A stretch of 46,904 nt of DNA from assembly GCA_964481185.1 (NCBI GenBank), contig CAYZSY010000002.1, positions 1 through 46,904 of the forward strand, written 5' to 3'. The notes beneath the pieces are model-generated. The model made no database searches, was not told the origin of the DNA, and worked only from the letters and a program-made list of their open reading frames with translations. The position numbers and the translations under genes are program-made. This stretch comes from Candidatus Woesearchaeota archaeon (GTDB lineage: Archaea > Nanobdellota > Nanobdellia > Pacearchaeales > GW2011-AR1). Below are positions 25,201 through 34,020 of this stretch, piece by piece. The stretch's first letter is position 1. Every line of letters begins with the position of its first letter.

Positions 25201-26133
25201 ATGGACAAATTTTCTAATGTGATAATCCTGCTTTTTCTTTGTGCGCTCTTGATTTTTGGGCTTTACTCAATGTACCTTAATCTTCCAATTGGGACCAAGA
25301 TATACAAGCCTTTTTCAGGCAATGTTTCTTATCTTCCTGAAATTGTAATTAATGGTTCTGGGGAAGTTGTGCAATTTTATCCGAATATGCGTTATTCTGA
25401 CAGGATAATTAGCTATAAAATCGAGTCTGCATGCAGCGAGAAGAAATCTAATGATATAGTTATGGCTTTTGCTGCAATATCAGAAAAAACAATTCTTGAC
25501 TTTTATCAGTCAGATGATAATCCTGAAATAAAGATTCTTTGTTCTGATGTTGCCCCGCTTGCTGAAGAAAAAGGGCATTTTGTAGCAGGAGAAGGCGGAC
25601 CAAGCGAGATAATAAACACAACTAAATTCTCGGTTATTTTAAGCGGCAAAATAGCTCTTTACAGAGAGAACAAATGCGATAAGCCAAATGTGGCTATTCA
25701 TGAGATATTGCATGCGCTTGGCTTTGATCATATTAATAGCTTGAAGAGCATACTCTATCCGATTACAAGCTGTGATCAGCAGATTGATTTGTGGGTGGTA
25801 GATCATATAAATAAGCTGTATTCTATTGATTCTCTTCCGGACTTGGCAATAGATGCTCTTGATGCGAGCAGCGAAGGAAGATATCTTAATTTTAACATCA
25901 ATATCTTAAATATTGGGCTAGCCAAATCCAGCTGGGCTGAATTAAACTTGTATTCTGATAACGAGAAGATAACAAACTTTAGCTTGGGAGATGTGGAAAT
26001 AGGCGAGAAGAGAATATTAATGGTGGAGAATCTAAGGCTTCCAAGCAGGGAAGATAATATTATGTTTGTTGTAGAATCAAGCTCAAGAGAATTAACCCTT
26101 GACAACAACAGGATTGAAGTCTCTGCTGTCTGA
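25201..26133 (+). CDS. membrane-anchored metzincin-type Zn protease
   Basis: ATG at 25201 lies about 25 nt downstream of TATA GTTTATAAAT (the track's TTG at 25183 is inside the promoter). TM helix, HEILHALGFDH (HExxHxxGxxH), and SILYP as a possible Met-turn equivalent. C-terminal beta-rich CARDB-like region. Confidence 0.7.
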   Translation: MDKFSNVIILLFLCALLIFGLYSMYLNLPIGTKIYKPFSGNVSYLPEIVINGSGEVVQFYPNMRYSDRIISYKIESACSEKKSNDIVMAFAAISEKTILDFYQSDDNPEIKILCSDVAPLAEEKGHFVAGEGGPSEIINTTKFSVILSGKIALYRENKCDKPNVAIHEILHALGFDHINSLKSILYPITSCDQQIDLWVVDHINKLYSIDSLPDLAIDALDASSEGRYLNFNINILNIGLAKSSWAELNLYSDNEKITNFSLGDVEIGEKRILMVENLRLPSREDNIMFVVESSSRELTLDNNRIEVSAV

Positions 26134-26204
26134 GAAGAGGTTAACACGGAAGTTTTAAATATAAATTTCTATAGGTTTATATATCTAAATTGGATAAAAA
26201 AGAG

Positions 26205-26708
26205 ATGGTAGAGAAAGACCAGATAATAAAAGAGAAACTCGATCATACTGGATTGTTTAATTTTGCAGAGCTTTATGGATTTATGCATAATTGGCTTAAT
26301 GAAAATCTTTATGGTGTAAATGAGGACAAATACAGCGAAAAAGTTACAGGAAATGTCAGAGATATTTCTTTTGAGTGGAAGGCGACAAGAGAAATTTCAG
26401 ATTATTTTAAGATAGAATATGGAATAAAAGTAGAAGTTCTAGGGTTGAGCGATGTTGAAGTTGAAATTGATGGAAAAAGAAAGAAAATGAATAAGGGCAA
26501 GATTTCTATGGAAATAAAGGGCGTTTTGATAAAAGACCCCAAAAACAATTGGGATGAGACAAGGCCATTTTTCAAATTTTTAAGAGAGCTTTATGATAAG
26601 TATATAATGCCTAGCAGGATAAAGTCTGTGGAAGATAAAATCGAGAGCGATGTAAGGGCATTTAAAGATGAAATTAAGGCTTATCTTGAATTAACTGGAA
26701 AAAGATAA
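26205..26708 (+). CDS. hypothetical protein
   Basis: ATG at 26205 lies about 24 nt after TATA GGTTTATATATC (the track's TTG at 26190 is less likely). No motif recognised. Confidence 0.45.
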   Translation: MVEKDQIIKEKLDHTGLFNFAELYGFMHNWLNENLYGVNEDKYSEKVTGNVRDISFEWKATREISDYFKIEYGIKVEVLGLSDVEVEIDGKRKKMNKGKISMEIKGVLIKDPKNNWDETRPFFKFLRELYDKYIMPSRIKSVEDKIESDVRAFKDEIKAYLELTGKR

Positions 26709-26761
26709 ACTTATCCAGAGATAATATAAAAGTTTATATAGATGTTTCAGTTTTTTTCTGC

Positions 26762-28144
26762 ATGAAAAGCAAACTTATTATTATGTTCTTAGTTATGTTT
26801 TTTGCAGTATTTCTATTTGCCGGAGATGTTTCTGCTCTTAACCTTGAAATTGAAAAGATAGCAAAAGTTCCTGTTGTAATATCAGAACTTAATGATCCTG
26901 CAGTCTTTAATTTTGTGATTGATAACAATGGTGCGGGAGATAATGTTGAGATATATTCGCTTGTGGGTGTCTCTTTTGAGCCAAAAGGGACATTTTATCT
27001 TCCTTCTGGGAGAACGACATTAAATGTTCTTGCATATCCAGGAGAGAGTGCGAGAGCCAAGGGCGGAACTTTCTCGTTTGAATATCAAATTAAGGGATCT
27101 GGTGATAATAATATCTTCAAAGATACATTATCTATAAAGATTGTAAGCTTGAGGGGCTTGTTAAGCGTTGAACCATTGGATATTGTTCATGGAAGCGAGA
27201 ATGTAGTTATAAGAGTAAGAAATCTTAATAATATTGAAGTCAGGGATGCCAAATTAAATCTTAAATCTGTGTTCTTTGAAGGAGAAAAAACTTTCTCACT
27301 TAGACCTCTTGAAAGCACAGAGATAGTTCTTCCAGTTAAAACAGATATACAAGACGTTGCTGCAGGGGCTTACGTTGTTAGCTTGGATTTGGCAATTGGG
27401 GATGCCAGCGCAAGATTTGAAGATAGTGTTAATTATTTGGAGAAAAAAAATGTTGCAATTACCCAAACAAGAAAGGGATTTTTGATAATAACAACAAAAA
27501 TTACAAAAACGAACAATGGGAATCTTGCTGTGAAAGAGGAGACAGGAGTTAGCAAGAATGTGTTAACAAGGCTGTTTACAACTTTCTCAACCGAGCCTTT
27601 GACAACAGAGAGAAGCGGGTTGTTTGTTAGTTATAAATGGGAGGAAGAACTAAATCCTGGGGAATCTTGGATCTTGAATGTAAGAACAAATTATACTCTG
27701 CCATTTATTCTTGTGCTTCTTGTAGTTTTAAGCGCGTATTTTGTTTATTTATATTCAAGAACTTCTCTAGTTTTGAAAAAAAGATGCTCGTTTGTAAGAA
27801 CTAAAGGCGGGGAATTTGCCCTCAAAGTTATAATTAATGTGAAGACAAAGAATAGGGTAGAAAATGTTGAGTTGTTTGACAGGATACCTTTGGCTGCAAA
27901 ACTCTACCAGGGCAGTGGAATGCCACACAAGTTTGACGAGAGAACTGGAAAGTTAAGCTGGGTCGTTAACGGATTAAATTCCGGGGAAGAGAGAATATTC
28001 TCTTATATAATTTATTCAAAGTTAAGGATAGTCGGAAGGTTGGAGCTTCCAGTTGCAACTGCTCATTTTGTCAAGGATGGCAAGTCAGCTTATGTTCATT
28101 CAAACAAGGCGTATTTTGCTTCTGAGATTGCGCCGAGATATTAG
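26762..28144 (+). CDS. secreted, C-terminally membrane-anchored surface protein
   Basis: 460 aa. Signal-like N-terminus KLIIMFLVMFFAVFLFAGDVSA, beta-rich repeats, and TM helix LPFILVLLVVLSAYFVYLY near residue 320. Confidence 0.5.
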   Translation: MKSKLIIMFLVMFFAVFLFAGDVSALNLEIEKIAKVPVVISELNDPAVFNFVIDNNGAGDNVEIYSLVGVSFEPKGTFYLPSGRTTLNVLAYPGESARAKGGTFSFEYQIKGSGDNNIFKDTLSIKIVSLRGLLSVEPLDIVHGSENVVIRVRNLNNIEVRDAKLNLKSVFFEGEKTFSLRPLESTEIVLPVKTDIQDVAAGAYVVSLDLAIGDASARFEDSVNYLEKKNVAITQTRKGFLIITTKITKTNNGNLAVKEETGVSKNVLTRLFTTFSTEPLTTERSGLFVSYKWEEELNPGESWILNVRTNYTLPFILVLLVVLSAYFVYLYSRTSLVLKKRCSFVRTKGGEFALKVIINVKTKNRVENVELFDRIPLAAKLYQGSGMPHKFDERTGKLSWVVNGLNSGEERIFSYIIYSKLRIVGRLELPVATAHFVKDGKSAYVHSNKAYFASEIAPRY

Positions 28145-28399
28145 ATATTAATAACAAAATTGATTAATCCTCTTCATGTTGAGGATGATGAAAAATTCAC
28201 AAAACTCACCAATGGGCGTCTTTTGAGAGAATTTGTCAATTTAAGACCCCCGATTTCGCCTTGTCAAATGAGGAGATGCTAAGCAAGTGGTCATCTTCTC
28301 CTTGGGAGAGAGCAGGAGTTAATCTAATATTGGGAGATAATGGATGGTTGGATTTGATTGGGGCGAGTAATAAATAGTATATAAATAGCATTGAAGTTT

Positions 28400-28786
28400 T
28401 TATTTTAATTTCTCTCTAAAACTATCTAGGATTTTTTGTTGCCTTTCTATATAATCTTTTGAATCTTTTAAACACTTTTCAATAGGAAATCTTTCATCCC
28501 AATTTTTATTTGCTTTCTTCTGGATAATTTCATCCAAATTAATTCCTTGAGCATTTGCAATTTTCACAAGAAAAATTATCGCATCAGCAAGTTCTTTTCC
28601 AAATTCTTCATCATTAACTTCTCTTGATAGATCTCTAGTTTTGTATCCATCTCTAAATAAAATATGCCTCCCAATTTCTCCCATCTCTTCAATTAAATGT
28701 GTAAATGTTTGGGATAAAAAAGAAACATCCCATCCTCTGTCCTTATCTGCTTTTTTTATTTTTTCTTGAAGTTCTTTTATATCCAT
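28400..28786 (-). CDS. MazG-like nucleotide pyrophosphohydrolase
   Basis: 128 aa. LIEEMGEIGRHIL and ELADAIIFLVKIANAQGINLDE are the EExxE/helical MazG blocks. Confidence 0.75.
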   Translation of the reverse strand: MDIKELQEKIKKADKDRGWDVSFLSQTFTHLIEEMGEIGRHILFRDGYKTRDLSREVNDEEFGKELADAIIFLVKIANAQGINLDEIIQKKANKNWDERFPIEKCLKDSKDYIERQQKILDSFREKLK

Positions 28787-28788
28787 TT

Positions 28789-29505
28789 TTATCTGTGTGC
28801 TATGCCATAGACATCTAATTTTCTTAAAATTTCTATTTCTTCGTTTGTAAAATCTTCTAATCTCTTTATGTTTCTTTCCATATTTATCTCAAATCCTGCA
28901 CCATTTTTAACCTTTTCGGGTTCTGTCTCACTCACTAAACTAAGAGTATGCACTCCGTTCTCTTCAATTTTAAAAACACCATAATTGGTAATGAGATTAA
29001 TTTCTTTATCCGGTCTAGTTTGTAATCCTGGTGAGGTAATATAACTTACTTTATCTACTAATCGCCTCGGTTCATGAAACATAAAGATATATTCCTTTCT
29101 GCTTAAGGAAGCAAAATCACAGGCTCCCCCACTTCCAGGCAATCTTTTTATTGTACCGTAATCATTTATCAGCGTGGAGTTTACATTTCCTCTTCTATCA
29201 ACCTGCGCCCCGCTCAATCCAACTACGTCAACTTTTCCTCTTTCCAACATAGCAAATGCATCTGGTAAATCTAAAGGGAATTGCGCACTTGAATAATTGA
29301 TAATATCTGAAACAGAATGGGGCAGTCTTTCTGGACTTGAATAAATTGCTCCGGACTCAAAGCATATTTTAAGATCTGGATTGTACAATCTTTTTGCAAG
29401 AATAGATGACAAAACAGGAAATCCATGCCCAGCGAAAAAATATTGTTCTCCAGCTAGCTGTCTTGCTCCTATTATACTAATTTTTTCTCCTTCTTTCAAT
29501 TGCAT
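28789..29505 (-). CDS. CoA-transferase subunit B (AtoA/GctB-like)
   Basis: 238 aa. FESGAIY is the candidate catalytic Glu region. LPGSGGACDFA is the glycine-rich block typical of family I CoA-transferase beta subunits. Confidence 0.65.
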   Translation of the reverse strand: MQLKEGEKISIIGARQLAGEQYFFAGHGFPVLSSILAKRLYNPDLKICFESGAIYSSPERLPHSVSDIINYSSAQFPLDLPDAFAMLERGKVDVVGLSGAQVDRRGNVNSTLINDYGTIKRLPGSGGACDFASLSRKEYIFMFHEPRRLVDKVSYITSPGLQTRPDKEINLITNYGVFKIEENGVHTLSLVSETEPEKVKNGAGFEINMERNIKRLEDFTNEEIEILRKLDVYGIAHR

Positions 29506-30286
29506 TTCTTATTACCTCCTTGCAATATCTTAAATCTCTTTCCCTCGAGCCTTGCCCATATAATTCCATTGCAATAGGATCTACATCATTTTGTGGATAT
29601 AAAGATGTAGGCGCAGAACCTCCAGGCGAATGAATTACGCCAGCAACATATAATCCCGAAATGGTTGGATTCTCTACTTTATCCACAATTTTTTCGACAC
29701 TAACATAAGTTTTTCTGGAAGATCTTGCGAGAAATTCGTCAACTTTCGTTGCTGGAGGGCTAGCGATCCATATATTTCCTTCTTTGTCTGCTTCTTGAGC
29801 ATGAATTAAAGCTATATCTGGATTATATGCTCTAATTGCCGAAATTTTTTCACTAGTAAATTCCGATTGTATTATTTTAACTAAGGGATTGTTTTTTGCC
29901 ATTTCTGAATGGAGCATTGTTTTAGAAGGTAAATATTCAATTCCTAATGCTCCTGCCTGTAATGAAAGAATAGTTGCATATGTGCTCATCTCAACTGGCT
30001 CTGCTCTTCCTTTTTCTACTCCATCTCTGAAAAAATAACATTGCCCAAAATTTTCTAACCCTGTATAAGAACTAATAATTCTTTTAGCTTGCTCAGAACC
30101 AATCAAAATATCTGCTTCTAAAGCCAGAGAAATTCCAAACAATTCTAAATTTTTTACTTGTTCCTCTTCCGATAATCTTAATATTAAAGACAATGGCTTT
30201 CTATGCAAATCAAAGCCACCGATTCCGACTTTTGAACTTTCTTTTACTTGCTCTGCAAATTTATCGAGAGAGATTATTTTGTTCAT
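29477..30286 (-). CDS. CoA-transferase subunit A (AtoD/GctA-like)
   Basis: 269 aa. The N-terminus KVGIGGFDLHRKP and the overall pattern fit alpha subunits. Overlaps neighbours on both sides (operon). Confidence 0.6.
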   Translation of the reverse strand: MNKIISLDKFAEQVKESSKVGIGGFDLHRKPLSLILRLSEEEQVKNLELFGISLALEADILIGSEQAKRIISSYTGLENFGQCYFFRDGVEKGRAEPVEMSTYATILSLQAGALGIEYLPSKTMLHSEMAKNNPLVKIIQSEFTSEKISAIRAYNPDIALIHAQEADKEGNIWIASPPATKVDEFLARSSRKTYVSVEKIVDKVENPTISGLYVAGVIHSPGGSAPTSLYPQNDVDPIAMELYGQGSRERDLRYCKEVIRNAIERRRKN

Positions 30287-31314
30287 TTTAGAAATTTTGA
30301 AGCAACTATTTCATCAACCCCTGGAGAGTAAGGCTCCCTTATTCTTGCTTCAGGTAAGTATCCATGTTTAGCAAAAAATAATTGCGAAATTATAGAGCAA
30401 GAAGGGAAGTGATGATATAATCTTCTAATGTTTAGACTTTTTGCGTGAGTTTCAATATTTTCTATTAAGGCGCTTCCAACGCCTACGGACTGATAATGTG
30501 GTGAGACTAAAAATGGGCTTAACTTGGCCGAGCCCCCTCTTTTTGGAGCAAATAGCCCGACGCCTACGACTTGATCATTAACCTTTGCAACATGCATTAT
30601 TCTAGGTTTTATTGAATATTCAAGACCCCCTTTCGCAAATCTTTCATGAGCAGAAGCCATTCTATCTATAAAATCTTCATTTATATCTCCATAAAATTCT
30701 GACATCATATCAAGGGCTATTTGCCTGACTCCAGGTAAATCTTCTTCTTGAAATTCAGAGACTATAAGGCCTAATTTCTTGACCTCCGGCTTTCTTGGAG
30801 GAGCGATAGTTTGGGCAGGTGCTCCTCGCTTAAACATCCTCCCAATTATAATTTCTGGCACACCTTGCTTATAAGGTTCTCTTAGTGAGCCTTCAATCTC
30901 AAAACCCCCTTTAAGTAAATCATATTTTATCGTAGAATAATCAATAAATGCATCTGTTCCATAAACTTTTCTTGCACCGCTCATCTCAAGTTGCTTCATA
31001 GCAAATTGATAAAGTTGAGATCCAATGCCTTTGCCTCTAGTAGAAGGATTAACGATTAATGCTTTAATTTTGCTTGAGCCGCCCCTCTTTTTAACTAATG
31101 AAACAAATCCTTGCATTTGGCTACCTTCTTCTCCAACCCACAGCTCAAAATCTTTGCTATATAAACCATAAGGCTCTCCAGATCTATTTGCTTCAATCAT
31201 TCCCTTTCCAAAAGAATCATCTATTTGATCATAATTGATGCCAATAGAGGCATTACACATTTCTATAAATTCTTTCGATGAATGTCTATTTTCATCAAAT
31301 CTATGCATTTCCAT
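30283..31314 (-). CDS. tandem-GNAT acetyltransferase (two GNAT domains)
   Basis: 343 aa. Internal duplication: KKRGGSSKIKALIVNPSTRGKGIGSQL...REPYKQGVPEII versus PKRGGSAKLSPFLVSPHYQSVGVGSAL...REPYSPGVDEIV. Each carries the acetyl-CoA-binding Q/RxxGxG/A-type loop. Confidence 0.75.
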   Translation of the reverse strand: MEMHRFDENRHSSKEFIEMCNASIGINYDQIDDSFGKGMIEANRSGEPYGLYSKDFELWVGEEGSQMQGFVSLVKKRGGSSKIKALIVNPSTRGKGIGSQLYQFAMKQLEMSGARKVYGTDAFIDYSTIKYDLLKGGFEIEGSLREPYKQGVPEIIIGRMFKRGAPAQTIAPPRKPEVKKLGLIVSEFQEEDLPGVRQIALDMMSEFYGDINEDFIDRMASAHERFAKGGLEYSIKPRIMHVAKVNDQVVGVGLFAPKRGGSAKLSPFLVSPHYQSVGVGSALIENIETHAKSLNIRRLYHHFPSCSIISQLFFAKHGYLPEARIREPYSPGVDEIVASKFLK

Positions 31315-31362
31315 AATTTCTAAGATATTTACCGATTTATATAATTTTCCATTGTAGTAACT

Positions 31363-31767
31363 TTATAGTGATTCTAGTAAAGATAGTAAATCCGTCGAAG
31401 CCTTGCAATAACTCATCGGAGGCCTAAAGAAAGGAATCTTATCAATAGAAACCGGAGGGTCGTAGGTTCTTGGATTGCTTACTCTGAATGCTATTGGAAA
31501 ATTTCCCGATTCTAAATAAGAGATAACTTCCTCTTTTTTGTAACAAATGTCCTCTTTTGTTTTTTCCCATAACTCATGAGAGGTTCCAGTTAAAATGCCT
31601 CCAACAATAAACTCTCCAATTAATTCGCTATCCGGAGCAACAGCATATAGGATTATCTTATCCCCTACGCTAATCTTACTTTTTCTTCTTCGATATTCCC
31701 ATAAAGATTTTAATTCAAGCAAATTCATACCATACTCTTTTTTTATGCTCATTACATACACTGCCAT
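31363..31767 (-). CDS. ASCH-domain protein
   Basis: 134 aa. SIKKEYGMNLLELKSLWEYRRR...GDKIILYAVAPDSELIGEF...ELWEKT fits the ASCH/COG4933 pattern as I recall it. Confidence 0.55.
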   Translation of the reverse strand: MAVYVMSIKKEYGMNLLELKSLWEYRRRKSKISVGDKIILYAVAPDSELIGEFIVGGILTGTSHELWEKTKEDICYKKEEVISYLESGNFPIAFRVSNPRTYDPPVSIDKIPFFRPPMSYCKASTDLLSLLESL

Positions 31768-31875
31768 AATTATCTCAAGAACTTCTCCTCTTAAAAATTT
31801 ATTCTTTAAGTGACGTTTACTTTACAGCTCACTCATAAGTTAGTTTTAAATATCGTCTAATTTTATAAGAACTAT

Positions 31876-32059
31876 CCCCTCGTGGCTTAATGGCTAAAGC
31901 GTCTGGCTGTAGACTAATAGTCTAGCGCGGACATTCCCGCAGAAGATTAACATCTTCAGGGACAGGATGAAGCGCGATTAGCAACCATTGGCATTCAGGT
32001 TAGGAAGGCGAAGGCCGACAGAACCCGGAAGATTCCCAGTTCGATTCTGGGCGGGGGGA
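31876..32059 (+). tRNA. tRNA-Tyr (anticodon GUA) with 111-nt intron at 37/38
   Basis: Acceptor CCCCTCG/CGGGGGG (C1-G72, as in archaeal tRNA-Tyr), D arm GCTT-AATGGCTA-AAGC, anticodon stem TCTGG/CCGGA, loop CTGTAG..C, T arm CCCAG-TTCGATT-CTGGG. Intron 31913-32023. CTGT(32-35) pairs with ACAG at the intron 3' end, leaving a 3-nt AAC bulge. Confidence 0.8.
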
Positions 32060-32093
32060 TTTTATTTTTAATTAGTTATTAATCTTAGAAATC

Positions 32094-32435
32094 TTAGACT
32101 GCAACACCAAGTAGTCTGCTGTTTGATGGCAGCAGCAAGGTTGTTTTTCTTTCATGAACTGAATGCAGGCAAAGTGCGTCCCCGCATATTCTGGCTATGC
32201 CATTATCATCAAGTTCAAATGAATATTCTTGACAAGCAGATTTTGTTCTAGTTAATTTGTAATTTCTAGATGTTAGTGTTGGTTTATATTTAATTGTCAG
32301 ATTTCTTTTAGATAGTTCTATACTCTCTATTTCTCCGCTGAAGAAATTTGACCAGTCATCAAGGAGCCTTATTCTAATCTGACCGCCAACATATTTTTGC
32401 AATGTTTCCGGAGTGAGTATTAATTCATCTCTCAT
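32094..32435 (-). CDS. hypothetical protein
   Basis: 113-aa ORF overlapping the upstream ORF stop by 4 nt. Confidence 0.4.
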   Translation of the reverse strand: MRDELILTPETLQKYVGGQIRIRLLDDWSNFFSGEIESIELSKRNLTIKYKPTLTSRNYKLTRTKSACQEYSFELDDNGIARICGDALCLHSVHERKTTLLLPSNSRLLGVAV

Positions 32436-32713
32436 TTGCGTGTTAGGTTTTTGGACCTTCTCTTGAAATAGGAGAATGTTTCGTCAAACACTGAATTATA
32501 AACTGCAATCAGCTTATAATCAATATTTTTGTTAGCAATTATAATTTCCTGAATTGAAGGACCATTCTCGTTCCAAGCTTGAATAAGTTCTTTTCTGATC
32601 TTAGGTGGAATACTTCTTCTTTTTATCTGAGTCCATTTTATTGGGGCAGATTTATATCTTGCAATGCGCTTTTTTGAAGAGAAGAACTTTTTTATGAACC
32701 TCAATATTCCCAT
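32432..32713 (-). CDS. hypothetical basic protein
   Basis: ATG at 32713 (MGILRFIKK) lies about 25 nt downstream of TATA GATTATAAATA on the minus strand. The track's TTG at 32752 is less likely. Confidence 0.4.
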   Translation of the reverse strand: MGILRFIKKFFSSKKRIARYKSAPIKWTQIKRRSIPPKIRKELIQAWNENGPSIQEIIIANKNIDYKLIAVYNSVFDETFSYFKRRSKNLTRK

Positions 32714-32792
32714 ACTATTTACTTGGAATTGAATATTTATAATCCTTCCCAATTACTAGCTAGTTTAAATATCTAAATGATCATGTTTTATT

Positions 32793-33626
32793 ATGAGAGT
32801 AAGATATAGTTTTTCATCAAGGCATACCAGAACAATAGCACTTACTAATAGGCATCACAGACCCATTCCTACGCTTATCAAAGAGATTATCAGGATTTCT
32901 GATATCGTTCTTGAAGTTCTTGATGCAAGATTCATTGATGAAACAAGAAATAAGGAGCTTGAAGATATGATTCTTGGGCTTGGGAAAAAGATAATTTTTG
33001 TTTTAAATAAAGCAGACCTGATTGATGTTGTTGAACTTAAGAAGAACATCGACTTAGAAGGATTAAAACCGTATGTTCTTGTATCCTGCAAGACAAAAGC
33101 AGGCATAAGAGAGCTTAGAACAAGAATAAAGATAGAGTCTAAGAAGATAAAACAAGAGAAAAGCAGACATATAGGAATAATTGGCTATCCAAATACAGGA
33201 AAAAGCTCGATTATTAATGTGCTTGCAGGAGGGGGAAGAGCGAGAACGGCTGCTGCGGCAGGATTTACAAAAGGAATGCAAAAGATAAGGCTTGCAAAAG
33301 GAATTTTATTGCTTGATAGCCCTGGAGTTATGCCAGAAAAAGAAGCCCCAGCACATAAAACAAAGGATGCGCAAAAACTATCAATTATAGGAGTTAAAAC
33401 TTTTGACAGGGCAAAAAATCCAGAATTTGTTGTTTTTGAGCTAATGAAAAAAAATTCTGGCGTTTTTGAAAAGTTTTATAAAATTAATGCTAATAGGGAC
33501 AGCGAGAGATTAATTGAAGAGTTTGGTAGAAAAAACAAACTATTGAAGAAGGGCGGGGAAGTTGACATTGACAGGGCTGCAAGGAGAATCTTAAAAGACT
33601 GGCAGTTTGGGAAGATTAAAATTTAA
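32793..33626 (+). CDS. circularly permuted ribosome-biogenesis GTPase (YlqF/RbgA/YawG family)
   Basis: 277 aa. Motif order is G4 LNKADL, then G1 GYPNTGKSS, then G3 DSPGV, the permuted arrangement. Confidence 0.8.
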   Translation: MRVRYSFSSRHTRTIALTNRHHRPIPTLIKEIIRISDIVLEVLDARFIDETRNKELEDMILGLGKKIIFVLNKADLIDVVELKKNIDLEGLKPYVLVSCKTKAGIRELRTRIKIESKKIKQEKSRHIGIIGYPNTGKSSIINVLAGGGRARTAAAAGFTKGMQKIRLAKGILLLDSPGVMPEKEAPAHKTKDAQKLSIIGVKTFDRAKNPEFVVFELMKKNSGVFEKFYKINANRDSERLIEEFGRKNKLLKKGGEVDIDRAARRILKDWQFGKIKI

Positions 33627-33749
33627 CATCTTAACTGGCAAAATCTTTAAATATCTCTTTACACTGTTCTGGTTGTGTACAGGCTGGTTCTAGCAAGGTT
33701 TAAAAAGGAAATCTGTCTGTTCAAAAATAATTAAATAACATAAACAAAT

Positions 33750-33887
33750 ATGGCAAACAAAAAGCTTGAAGAAGAGAAAAAGAACGAAGAGGAAGCTGAA
33801 GAAGAGAACGAAGAGACCCTTGAAGACCTCGACTCTGACGAAGAAGACGAGGACGAAGAGGAAACTGAAGAAGCAACAGCTTACTAA
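33750..33887 (+). CDS. small highly acidic protein (45 aa)
   Basis: Hand-translated: MANKKLEEEKKNEEEAEEENEETLEDLDSDEEDEDEEETEEATAY. TATA-like GGTTTAAAAAGG lies about 40 nt upstream. Could be a chance ORF in a GA-rich tract. Confidence 0.3.
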   Translation: MANKKLEEEKKNEEEAEEENEETLEDLDSDEEDEDEEETEEATAY

Positions 33888-34020
33888 AGCCCTTCCCTTA
33901 TTCCTGGCAACTGCCCGTTTTATTTTTAATTGTTATTAGCCAAAATAGGTTGTATAAATTCAACTTTGTTGAACTTTATCACATATAACCTTAAAAAGAA
34001 TGTGCTTTCTCTGATTATTT

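Noticed and set aside
28181-28200. C/D box sRNA starting at the ATGATGA heptamer
   Set aside because: No CUGA D or D' box occurs within the next ~70 nt, and no terminal stem exists.
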